DNA from: Ranitomeya imitator
Taxonomy: Eukaryota
Assembly (NCBI RefSeq): GCF_032444005.1
Contig: NC_091285.1
Coordinates: forward strand, 674,870,001-674,934,000
DNA: 64,000 nt
Reading direction: 5' to 3'
Positions 48,801 to 59,029 of the stretch are shown piece by piece (position 1 is the first letter of the stretch; each line of letters opens with the position of its first letter). The position numbers were made by a program, and so were the translations under genes. Below the pieces are notes generated by a model, which saw only the letters and a list, made by a program, of their open reading frames with translations, did not search any database and was not told the DNA's origin.

Positions 48801-51800
48801 GACAGATGTGGGTTGCACATAACCAATCACAGTGTAGCTTTCATTTTATCTGACTGCTACGAAGGACTCAAAGCTGCGTGCTGATTGGCCGATAACCTAA
48901 ATACTGAAATAGGTTTACAGCAGGTGTCAGCGGAGCAGAGAGTCTCACACATGTCCCGTTACCGGAGGAGAAGCCACAAAGATGGCGGCTAGGCCTGCCC
49001 ACCATGTCTCCCTAGCTCATTAGTGGCTACAGCACACCTGAGATGGCGCAGGCCTCCGTACTGCAGGTGGCCATCCGGCCGCGCTCTCGACACGACTGAT
49101 TCCCCTCCCCCCAGAACGCACACAGGCCCCGAGCAGCGCCGGGTGTACTAACATTCACGACGGCTAACAGGGGGACCCGACACACCCCAGAGATTAGGAT
49201 TAGTCCCCTAATCTGCAGTGGTCACAGTATACAGAGAGATTACAGAAGGAGGAAGGAGAGAAAGAGGAAGAGTCCCTGGAAGTGAGGTTACCCAAGAGGC
49301 CACAGTGTGAGGACACCACACGGCCGCACACTGATCACACCTCTCCAAGGCTTTCAGATGCCGGAGTATCGGAGTCCTGAACCATCATTTCATGCCAGAA
49401 ATGTCCCTGATGATCGAGTTTACTATAAAAACGCCAATAATCCAGAATGATGGATCTGCAGATGAGCAGACGCCTCCCGGCAATGTTCTTCACCCTTGTC
49501 CAGGCCCATCCGATAGTCAGCCATCATAACATAGTAACATAGTAACATAGTTAGTAAGGCCGAAAAAAGACATTTGTCCATCCAGTTCAGCCTATATTCC
49601 ATCATAATAAGTACCCAGATCTACGTCCTTCTACAGAACCTAATAATTGTATGATACAATATTGTTCTGCTCCAGGAAGACATCCAGGCCTCTCTTGAAC
49701 CCCTCGACTGAGTTCGCCATCACCACCTCCTCAGGCAAGCAATTCCAGATTCTCACTGCCCTAACAGTAAAGAATCCTCTTCTATGTTGGTGGAAAAACC
49801 TTCTCTCCTCCAGACGCAAAGAATGCCCCCTTGTGCCCATCACCTTCCTTGGTATAAACAGATCCTCAGCGAGATATTTGTATTGTCCCCTTATATACTT
49901 ATACATGGTTATTAGATCGCCCCTCAGTCGTCTTTTTTCTAGACTAAATAATCCTAATTTCGCTAATCTATCTGGGTATTGTAGTTCTCCCATCCCCTTT
50001 ATTAATTTTGTTGCCCTCCTTTGTACTCTCTCTAGTTCCATTATATCCTTCCTGAGCACCGGTGCCCAAAACTGGACACAGTACTCCATGTGCGGTCTAA
50101 CTAGGGATTTGTACAGAGGCAGTATAATGCTCTCATCATGTGTATCCAGACCTCTTTTAATGCACCCCATGATCCTGTTTGCCTTGGCAGCTGCTGCCTG
50201 GCACTGGCTGCTCCAGGTAAGTTTATCATTAACTAGGATCCCCAAGTCCTTCTCCCTGTCAGATTTACCCAGTGGTTTCCCGTTCAGTGTGTAATGGTGA
50301 TATTGATTCCTTCTTCCCATGTGTATAACCTTACATTTATCAATGTTAAACCTCATCTGCCACCTTTCAGCCCAAGTTTCCAACTTATCCAGATCCATCT
50401 GTAGCAGAATACTATCTTCTCTTGTATTAACTGCTTTACATAGTTTTGTATCATCTGCAAATATCGATATTTTACTGTGTAAACCTTCTACCAGATCATT
50501 AATGAATATGTTGAAGAGAACAGGTCCCAATACTGACCCCTGCGGTACCCCACTGGTCACAGCGACCCAGTTAGAGACTATACCATTTATAACCACCCTC
50601 TGCTTTCTATCACTAAGCCAGTTACTAACCCATTTACACACATTTTCCCCCAGACCAAGCATTCTCATTTTGTGTACCAACCTCTTGTGCGGCACGGTAT
50701 CAAACGCTTTGGAAAAATCGAGATATACCACGTCCAATGACTCACCGTGGTCCAGCCTATAGCTTACCTCTTCATAAAAACTGATTAGATTGGTTTGACA
50801 GGAGCGATTTCTCATAAACCCATGCTGATATGGAGTTAAACAGTTATTCTCATTGAGATAATCCAGAATAACATCCCTCAGAAACCCTTCAAATATTTTA
50901 CCAACAATAGAGGTTAGACTTACTGGCCTATAATTTCCAGGTTCACTTTTAGAGCCCTTTTTGAATATTGGCACCACATTTGCTATGCGCCAATCCTGCG
51001 GAACAGACCCTGTCGCTATAGAGTCCCTAAAAATAAGAAATAATGGTTTATCTATTACATTACTTAGTTCTCTTAGTACTCGTGGGTGTATGCCATCCGG
51101 ACCCGGAGATTTATCTATTTTAATCTTATTTAGCCGGTTTCGCACCTCTTCTTGGGTTAGATTGGTGACCCTTAATATAGGGTTTTCATTGTTTCTTGGG
51201 ATTTCACCTAGCATTTCATTTTCCACCGTGAATACCGTGGAGAAGAAGGTGTTTAATATGTTAGCTTTTTCCTCGTCATCTACAACCATTCTTTCCTCAC
51301 TATTTTTTAAGGGGCCTACATTTTCAGTTTTTATTCTTTTACTATTGATATAGTTGAAGAACAGTTTGGGATTAGTTTTACTCTCCTTAGCAATGTGCTT
51401 CTCTGTTTCCTTTTTGGCAGCTTTAATTAGTTTTTTAGATAAAGTATTTTTCTCCCTATAGTTTTTTAGAGCTTCAATGGTGCCATCCTGCTTTAGTAGT
51501 GCAAATGCTTTCTTTTTACTGTTAATTGCCTGTCTTACTTCTTTGTTTAGCCACATTGGGTTTTTCCTATTTCTAGTCCTTTTATTCCCACAAGGTGGGA
51601 TCCATCCATCGGATCAATGTCCGAGTACATCCAGGCCATGTGACCGCCGCCTTTAAGAGGCTCAGACATGACCACAGTACAGTGACAGTGGCCGAGCAGG
51701 AGAAATACACAAGGATTTAGCAGAAAATGTCGGCATGTGACCGGGATTCCAGAACTGGGGGGGATTAATATCAGCAATGACATAACACACCCCTTTAAGG

Positions 51801-54800
51801 CGCTGTATGTCGAGGCTTTAAGGCAAAGCGTCCCACAAATAATCTGCATATAAGGGAAGAGACGCGGAGACATCGACCTCTGGATGGAAAAAACACAAAG
51901 CAGACCCGAAATGAGGCCCGGGGCGAGCAGGGGGCCAGACGGGAGGCCCGGGGCGAGCAGGGGGCCAGACGGGAGGCCCGGGGCGAGCAGGGGGCCAGAC
52001 GGGAGGCCCGGGGCCAGACGGGAGGCCCGGGGCCAGACGGGAGGCCCGGGGCCAGACGGGAGGCCCGGGGCCAGACGGGAGGCCCGGGGCCAGACGGGAG
52101 GCCCGGGGCCAGACGGGAGGCCCGGGGCCAGACGGGAGGCCCGGGGCCAGACGGGAGGCCCGGGGCCAGACGGGAGGCCCGGGGCCAGACGGGAGGCCCG
52201 GGGCCAGACGGGAGGCCCGGGGCCAGACGGGAGGCCCGGGGCCTCTGGGAGAGGAGGGGATATCAGTACAGGGGATATACGGCACCGGGGGAGGAGGGGA
52301 TATCAGTACAGGGGATATACGGCACCGGGGGAGGAGGAGATATCAGTACAGGGGATATACGGCATCGGGGGAGGAGGGGATATCAGTACAGGGGATATAC
52401 GGCACCGGGGGAGGAGGAGGGGATATCAGTACAGGGGATATACGGCAGCGGGGGAGGAGGAGGGGATATCAGTACAGGGGATATACGGCAGCGGAGGAGG
52501 AGGTGATATCAGTACAGGGGATATACGGCACCGGGGGAGGAGGGGATATCAGTACAGGGGATATACGGCACCGGGGGAGGAGGAGATATCAGTACAGGGG
52601 ATATACGGCACCGGGGGAGGAGGAGATATCAGTACAGGGGATATACGGCACCGGGGGAGGAGGAGATATCTGTACAGGGGATATACGGCACCGGGGGAGG
52701 AGGGGATATCTGTACAGGGGATATACGGCACCGGGGGAGGAGGGGATATCTGTACAGGGGATATACGGCACCGGGGGAGGAGGAGATATCAGTACAGGGG
52801 ATATACGGCATCGGGGGAGGAGGGGATATCAGTACAGGGGATATACGGCACCGGGGGAGGAGGAGGGGATATCAGTACAGGGGATATACGGCAGCGGGGG
52901 AGGAGGAGGGGATATCAGTACAGGGGATATACGGCAGCGGAGGAGGAGGTGATATCAGTACAGGGGATATACGGCACCGGGGGAGGAGGGGATATCAGTA
53001 CAGGGGATATACGGCACCGGGGGAGGAGGAGATATCAGTACAGGGGATATACGGCACCGGGGGAGGAGGAGATATCAGTACAGGGGATATACGGCACCGG
53101 GGGAGGAGGAGATATCTGTACAGGGGATATACGGCACCGGGGGAGGAGGGGATATCTGTACAGGGGATATACGGCACCGGGGGAGGAGGAGATATCTGTA
53201 CAGGGGATATACGGCACCGGGGGAGGAGGGGATATACGGCACCAGGGGAGGAGGGCATATCAGTACAGGGGATATACGGCACCGGGGGAGGAGGGGATAT
53301 CAGTACAGGGGATATACGGCACCGGGGGAGGAGGGGATATCAGTACAGGGGATATACGGCACCGGGGGAGGAGGGGATATCAGTACAGGGGATATACGGC
53401 ACCGGGGGAGAAGGAGATATCAGTACAGGGGATATACGGCACCGGGGGAGGAGGAGATATCGGCACCGGGGGAGGAGGGGATATCAGTACAGGGGATATA
53501 CGGCACCGGGGGAGGAGGGGATATCAGTACAGGGGATATACGGCACCGGGGGAGGAGGGGATATCAGTACAGGGGATATACGGCACCGGGGGAGGAGGGG
53601 ATATCAGTACAGGGGATATACGGCACCGGGGGAGGAGGGGATATCAGTACAGGGGATATACGGCACCGGGGGAGGAGGGGATATCAGTACAGGGGATATA
53701 CGGCACCGGGGGAGGAGGGGATATCAGTACAGGGGATATACGGCACCGGGGGAGGAGGGGATATCTGTACAGGGGATATACGGCACCGGGGGAGGAGGGG
53801 ATATCAGTACAGGGGATATACGGCACCGGGGGAGGAGGGGATATCAGTACAGGGGATATACGGCACCGGGGGAGGAGGGGATATCAGTACAGGGGATATA
53901 CGGCACCAGGGCATATCAGTACAGGGGATATACGGCACCGGGGGAGGAGGGGATATCAGTACAGGGGATATACGGCACCGGGGGAGGAGGGGATATCAGT
54001 ACAGGGGATATACGGCACCGGGGGAGGAGGGGATATCAGTACAGGGGATATACGGCACCGGGGGAGGAGGGGATATCAGTACAGGGGATATACGGCACCG
54101 GGGGAGGAGGGGATATCAGTACAGGGGATATACGGCACCGGGGGAGAAGGAGATATCAGTACAGGGGATATATACGGCACCGGGGGAGGAGGAGATATCG
54201 GCACCGGGGGAGGAGGGGATATCAGTACAGGGGATATACGGCACCGGGGGAGGAGGGGATATCAGTACAGGGGATATACGGCACCGGGGGAGGAGGGGAT
54301 ATCAGTACAGGGGATATACGGCACCGGGGGAGGAGGAGATATCAGTACAGGGGATATACGGGACCGGGGGAGGAGGAGATATCAGTACAGGGGATATACG
54401 GGACCGGGGGAGGAGGGGATATCAGTACAGGGGATATACGGCATCGGGGGAGGAGGAGATATCAGTACAGGGGATATACGGCACCGGGGGAGGAGGGGAT
54501 ATCAGTACAGGGGATATACGGCACCGGGGGAGGAGGGGATATCAGTACAGGGGATATACGGCACCGGGGGAGGAGGAGATATCGGTATAGGGGATATACG
54601 GCACCGGGGGAGGAGGGGATATCAGTACAGGGGATATACGGCACCGGGGGATGAGGGGATATCAGTACAGGGGATATACGGCACCGGGGGAGGAGGGGAT
54701 ATCAGTACAGGGGATATACGGCACCGGGGGAGGAGGGGATATCAGTACAGGGGATATACGGCACCGGGGGAGGAGGAGATATCGGTACAGGGGATATACG

Positions 54801-57800
54801 GCACCGGGGGAGGAGGGGATATCAGTACAGGGGATATACGGCACCGGGGGATGAGGGGATATCAGTACAGGGGATATACGGCACCGGGGGAGGAGGGGAT
54901 ATCAGTACAGGGGATATACGGCACCGGGGGATGAGGGGATATCAGTACAGGGGATATACGGCACCGGGGGAGGAGGGGATATCAGTACAGGGGATATACG
55001 GCACCGGGGGAGGAGGGGATATCAGTACAGGGGATATACGGCACCGGGGGAGGAGGGGATATCAGTACAGGGGATATACGGCACCGGGGGAGGAGGGGAT
55101 ATCAGTACAGGGGATATACGGCACCGGGGGAGGAGGGGATATCAGTACAGGGGATATACGGCACCGGGGGAGGAGGGGATATCAGTACAGGGGATATACG
55201 GCACCGGGGGATGAGGGGATATCAGTACAGGGGATATACGGCACCGGGGGATGAGGGGATATCAGTACAGGGGATATACGGCACCGGGGGAGGAGGAGAT
55301 ATCAGTACAGGGGATATACGGCACCGGGGGAGGAGGGGATATCAGTACAGGGGATATACGGGACCGGGGAAGGAGGAGATATCTGTACAGGGGATATACG
55401 GCACCGGGGGAGGAGGGGATATCAGTACAGGGGATATACGGCACCGGGGGAGGAGGGGATATCAGTACAGGGGATATACGGCAGCGGAGGAGGAGGTGAT
55501 ATCAGTACAGGGGATATACGGCACCGGGGGAGGAGGGGATATCAGTACAGGGGATATACGGCACCGGGGGAGGAGGGGATATCAGTACAGGGGATATACG
55601 GCACCGGGGGAGGAGGGGATATCAGTACAGGGGATATACGGCACCGGGGGAGGAGGAGATATCAGTACAGGGGATATACGGCACCGGGGGAGGAGGGGAT
55701 ATCAGTACAGGGGATATACGGCACCGGGGGAGGAGGGGATATCAGTACAGGGGATATACGGCACCGGGGGAGGAGGAGGAGATATCAGTACAGGGGATAT
55801 ACGGCACCGGGGGAGGAGGGGATATCAGTACAGGGGATATACGGCACCGGGGGAGGAGGGGATATCAGTACAGGGGATATACGGCACCGGGGGAGGAGGA
55901 GGAGATATCAGTACAGGGGATATACGGCACCGGGGAAGGAGGAGATATCTGTACAGGGGATATACGGCACCGGGGGAGGAGGAGGGGATATACGGCACCG
56001 GGGGAGGAGGGGATATCAGTACAGGGGATATACGGCACCGGGGGAGGAGGAGGAGATATCAGTACAGGGGATATACGGCACCGGGGAAGGAGGAGGGGAT
56101 ATACGGCACCGGGGGAGGAGGGGATATCAGTACAGGGGATATACGGCACCGGGGAAGGAGGAGATATCAGTACAGGGGATATACGGCACCGGGGGAGGAG
56201 GAGGGGATATCAGTACAGGGGATATACGGCACCGGGGGAGGAGGAGATATCAGTACAGGGGATATACGGCACCGGGGGAAGAGGGGATATCAGTACAGGG
56301 GATATACGGCACCGGGGGAGGAGGAGATATCTGTACAGGGGATATACGGCACCGGGGGAGGAGGAGATATCTGTACAGGGGATATACGGCACCGGGGGAG
56401 GAGGGGATATCAGTACAGGGGATATACGGCACCGGGGGAGGAGGGGATATCAGTACAGGGGATATACGGCACCGGGGGAGGAGGAGATATCAGTACAGGG
56501 GATATACGGCACCGGGGGAGGAGGAGATATCAGTACAGGGGATATACGGCACCGGGGGAGGAGGGGATATCAGTACAGGGGATATACGGCACCGGGGGAG
56601 GAGGGGATATCAGTACAGGGGATATACGGCACCGGGGGAGGAGGGGATATCAGTACAGGGGATATACGGCACCGGGGGAGGAGGGGATATCAGTACAGGG
56701 GATATACGGCACCGGGGGAGGAGGAGATATCAGTACAGGGGATATACGGCACCGGGGGAGGAGGGGATATCAGTACAGGGGATATACGGCATCGGGGGAG
56801 GAGGAGATATCAGTACAGGGGATATACGGCACCGGGGGAGGAGGAGGGGATATCAGTACAGGGGATATACGGCACCGGGGGAGGAGGGGATATCAGTACA
56901 GGGGATATACGGCACCGGGGGAGGAGGGGATATCAGTACAGGGGATATACGGCACCGGGGGAGGAGGGGATATCAGTACAGGGGATATACGGCATCGGGG
57001 GAGGAGGAGATATCAGTACAGGGGATATACGGCACCGGGGGAGGAGGGGATATCTGTACAGGGGATATACGGCACCGGGGGAGGAGGGGATATCAGTACA
57101 GGGGATATACGGCACCGGGGGAGGAGGGGATATCAGTACAGGGGATATACGGCACCGGGGGAGGAGGAGACATCTGTACAGGGGATATACGGCACCGGGG
57201 GAGGAGGGGATATCAGTACAGGGGATATACGGCACCGGGGGAGGAGGAGACATCTGTACAGGGGATATACGGCACCGGGGGAGGAGGGGATATCAGTACA
57301 GGGGATATACGGCACCGGGGGAGGAGGAGATATCAGTACAGGGGATATACGGCACCGGGGGAGGAGGAGATATCAGTACAGGGGATATACGGCACCGGGG
57401 GAGGAGGGGATATCAGTACAGGGGATATACGGCAGCGGGGGAGGAGGAGGGGATATCAGTACAGGGGATATACGGCACCGGGGGAGGAGGAGATATCAGT
57501 ACAGGGGATATACGGCAGCGGGGGAGGAGGAGATATCAGTACAGGGGATATACGGCAGCGGGGGAGGAGGAGGGGATATCAGTACAGGGGATATACGGCA
57601 CCGGGGGAGGAGGAGATATCAGTACAGGGGATATACGGCAGCGGGGGAGGAGGAGGGGATATCAGTACAGGGGATATACGGCACCGGGGGAGGAGGAGAT
57701 ATCAGTACAGGGGATATACGGCAGCGGGGGAGGAGGAGATATCAGTACAGGGGATATACGGCAGCGGGGGAGGAGGAGGGGATATCAGTACAGGGGATAT

Positions 57801-58588
57801 ACGGCACCGGGGGAGGAGGGGATATCAGTACAGGGGATATACGGCACCGGGGGAGGAGGAGGGGATATCAGTACAGGGGATATACGGCACCGGGGGAGGA
57901 GGGGATATCAGTACAGGGGATATACGGCAGCGGGGGAGGAGGAGGGGATATCAGTACAGGGGATATACGGCACCGGGGGAGGAGGAGGGGATATCAGTAC
58001 AGGGGATATACGGCACCGGGGGAGGAGGGGATATCAGTACAGGGGATATACGGCACCGGGGGAGGAGGAGGGGATATCAGTACAGGGGATATACGGCACC
58101 GGGGGAGGAGGGGATATCAGTACAGGGGATATACGGCAGCGGGGGAGGAGGAGGGGATATCAGTACAGGGGATATACGGCACCGGGGGAGGAGGAGATAT
58201 CAGTACAGGGGATATACGGCACCGGGGGAGGAGGGGATATCAGTACAGGGGATATACGGCACCGGGGGAGGAGGAGGGGATATCAGTACAGGGGATATAC
58301 GGCACCGGGGGAGGAGGAGATATCAGTACAGGGGATATACGGCACCGGGGGAGGAGGGGATATCAGTACAGGGGATATACGGCACCGGGGGAGGAGGAGG
58401 GGATATCAGTACAGGGGATATACGGCACCGGGGGAGGAGGAGGGGATATCAGTACAGGGGATATACGGCACCGGGGGAGGAGGGGATATCAGTACAGGGG
58501 ATATACGGGACCGGGGGAGGAGGAGGTGACGGCCCGGACATTCATAAACCCCGGACAGCACTCACCGGGTTCCCGCTCTCTCCCCCAT
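32701..58588 (-). CDS. arrb2: Beta-arrestin-2, complete 15-exon CDS (408 aa): join of 58566-58588, 48002-48032, 47313-47373, 43675-43719, 43286-43482, 43143-43202, 42636-42703, 35112-35247, 34945-35029, 34736-34808, 34516-34653, 34346-34429, 34190-34263, 33366-33420, 32701-32797
   Basis: Manual splicing gives 1227 nt in frame, from [31 protein letters not shown] to [41 protein letters not shown]. All introns are GT-AG. ARRB2-type residues are present ([43 protein letters not shown]) and the ARRB1-specific LLGDLASS exon is absent. Confidence 0.97.
33366..33420 (-). CDS. arrb2: arrb2 exon 14 ([19 protein letters not shown], clathrin box, 55 nt)
   Basis: ttcccag acceptor, gtaag donor; LIEFE clathrin-box motif. 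Confidence 0.96.
33690..34196 (-). repeat. Intron-13 minisatellite (27-45-bp units) containing copies of the exon-13 5' splice site
   Basis: Plus-strand CACTCACCGGACAG recurs about 10 times; it reads CTGTCCG|GTGAGT on the gene strand. Confidence 0.88.
34190..34263 (-). CDS. arrb2: arrb2 exon 13 ([24 protein letters not shown], 74 nt)
   Basis: cccccag acceptor, gtgagt donor. Confidence 0.95.
34346..34429 (-). CDS. arrb2: arrb2 exon 12 ([28 protein letters not shown], 84 nt)
   Basis: ttccag acceptor, gtgagt donor. Confidence 0.96.
34516..34653 (-). CDS. arrb2: arrb2 exon 11 ([19 protein letters not shown]...[11 protein letters not shown], 138 nt)
   Basis: ttccag acceptor, gtgagc donor. Confidence 0.97.
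34736..34808 (-). CDS. arrb2: arrb2 exon 10 ([25 protein letters not shown], 73 nt)
   Basis: ctccag acceptor, gtgagt donor. Confidence 0.96.
34945..35029 (-). CDS. arrb2: arrb2 exon 9 ([28 protein letters not shown], 85 nt)
   Basis: ttccag acceptor, gtacgt donor. Confidence 0.96.
35112..35247 (-). CDS. arrb2: arrb2 exon 8 ([16 protein letters not shown]...LEASLDKE, 136 nt)
   Basis: In ORF 35049..35309; AG/GT boundaries. Confidence 0.97.
36320..37410. repeat. Minisatellite, 20-34-bp units, G-rich on the arrb2 sense strand (intron 7)
   Basis: CCCACGGCCACGTACAGGACCCCC(ACCTT). Confidence 0.96.
37908..37980. repeat. 14-bp tandem repeat x5
   Basis: CTCAGTGGTGCAGC. Confidence 0.9.
38593..38950. 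mobile_element. Palindromic MITE (PIF/Harbinger-like) nested in the composite
   Basis: AGGCTATGTGCACAC...GTGTGCACATAGCCT termini, with internal complementary GCGG/CCGC motifs. Confidence 0.75.
39587..40607 (+). mobile_element. Tigger/pogo-like MITE copy 1 (TA TSD) with an internal ~40-bp minisatellite
   Basis: TA|CCGTATATACTTGAGTATAAGCCG...CGGCTTATGCTCGAGTATATACGG|TA; internal CCCATAGCTGTGCCATATAGTGCTCTGCACCGTTCATTATTG repeats at ~39750-39980. Confidence 0.8.
40749..41627 (-). mobile_element. Tigger/pogo-like MITE copy 2, inverted relative to copy 1
   Basis: Its right end (gtagctgctgcatttcccaccctag...ctcgagtatatatggta) is the reverse complement of the left end of copy 1. Confidence 0.7.
42636..42703 (-). 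CDS. arrb2: arrb2 exon 7 ([23 protein letters not shown], 68 nt)
   Basis: ttttcag acceptor, gtgaga donor. Confidence 0.96.
42754..42834. repeat. (AT)n microsatellite, ~40 units, arrb2 intron 6
   Basis: Direct reading. Confidence 0.97.
43143..43202 (-). CDS. arrb2: arrb2 exon 6 ([20 protein letters not shown], 60 nt)
   Basis: ctcag acceptor, gtgagt donor. Confidence 0.97.
43286..43482 (-). CDS. arrb2: arrb2 exon 5 ([27 protein letters not shown]...HPFYFT, 197 nt)
   Basis: Conserved arrestin finger-loop sequence, AG/GT boundaries. Confidence 0.97.
43675..43719 (-). CDS. arrb2: arrb2 exon 4 ([15 protein letters not shown], 45 nt)
   Basis: ttttgtag acceptor, gtactg donor. Confidence 0.96.
43790..47185. 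repeat. ~86-bp satellite filling arrb2 intron 3, interrupted at ~45975-46330
   Basis: CAGTGACTGCACCAGCAGAATAGTGAGTGCAGCTCTGGAGTATAATACAGGATGTAACTCAGGATCAGTAATGTAATGTATGTACA. Confidence 0.97.
47313..47373 (-). CDS. arrb2: arrb2 exon 3 ([20 protein letters not shown], 61 nt)
   Basis: cttgcag acceptor, gtgaga donor, arrestin N-domain sequence. Confidence 0.96.
47425..47702. repeat. Poly-C/G minisatellite, ~20-25-bp units, arrb2 intron 2
   Basis: C(6-12)AGTCAGTACCACGT x ~12. Confidence 0.95.
48002..48032 (-). CDS. arrb2: arrb2 exon 2 ([10 protein letters not shown], 31 nt)
   Basis: ttctttgcag|A GTT TTT AAG AAA TCC AGC CCG AAT TGT AAG|gtgagt. Confidence 0.95.
49525..51596 (-). mobile_element. 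CR1-type LINE, 5'-truncated, uninterrupted RT ORF (49640-51556, 638 aa), in arrb2 intron 1
   Basis: [39 protein letters not shown] and FADD motifs; 3' tail of (GTTACTAT)n on the element strand at 49525-49552. Confidence 0.95.
51910..52245. repeat. GC-rich 19-bp minisatellite
   Basis: GGGAGGCCCGGGGCCAGAC x ~15. Confidence 0.95.
52250..58525. repeat. 6.3-kb minisatellite, 40-bp unit, at the 5' end of arrb2 intron 1
   Basis: GGGGATATCAGTACAGGGGATATACGGCACCGGGGGAGGA x ~155. Confidence 0.98.
58566..58588 (-). CDS. arrb2: arrb2 exon 1 (MGERAGTR, 23 nt coding)
   Basis: ATG GGG GAG AGA GCG GGA ACC CG|gtgagt. Confidence 0.93.
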
Positions 58589-58699
58589 GGTCACGGATCC
58601 GCCGCCTCTGGAGGCCGCGCTGTGGGTTCTCTCTCCTCTGCTTCTCCTCCCCTGACGGTTACGCGCACGGTTTCAAACAAGGCGGAGTCCCGAGTACGT

Positions 58700-58935
58700 T
58701 CCCGCCACCGTGCATCCTCATAGGCTCACACCGTGAAGGACTGGCACGCCTACTGACGTCATCAGTTCGGCGGTGACCCCGCCCTCTGAAGGTGTGTAGT
58801 GACGTCATGAAGTGCGAACACTGATGACATCTCCGTGGGGGAGACACGGAAAAGAAGCGCTGTGATTGGCTGAGCGCGGCGTGCGTGCGACTATGTAAAT
58901 ACAGTCACTGAGATCGCCTTCTGATTGGCTGACTC
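58700..58935 (-). promoter_or_regulatory. arrb2 proximal promoter: two perfect CRE palindromes, GC box, two CCAAT boxes
   Basis: TGACGTCA at 58754-58761 and 58800-58807; CCCCGCCC at 58777-58784; ATTGG at 58865 and 58924; CpG-rich, just upstream of the ATG at 58588. Confidence 0.7.
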
Positions 58936-59029
58936 TAAGCTAATACCCAAATCACATCTTCCTACTGCTCAGCTGTGCTGCACCTGTTATACGGGGCCGC
59001 CCGCGGTGTGAGCAGGGGCTGAGGTCAAC

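Noticed and set aside
49647-51353. Plus-strand ORFs opposite the CR1
   Set aside because: Antisense shadows of the RT frame.
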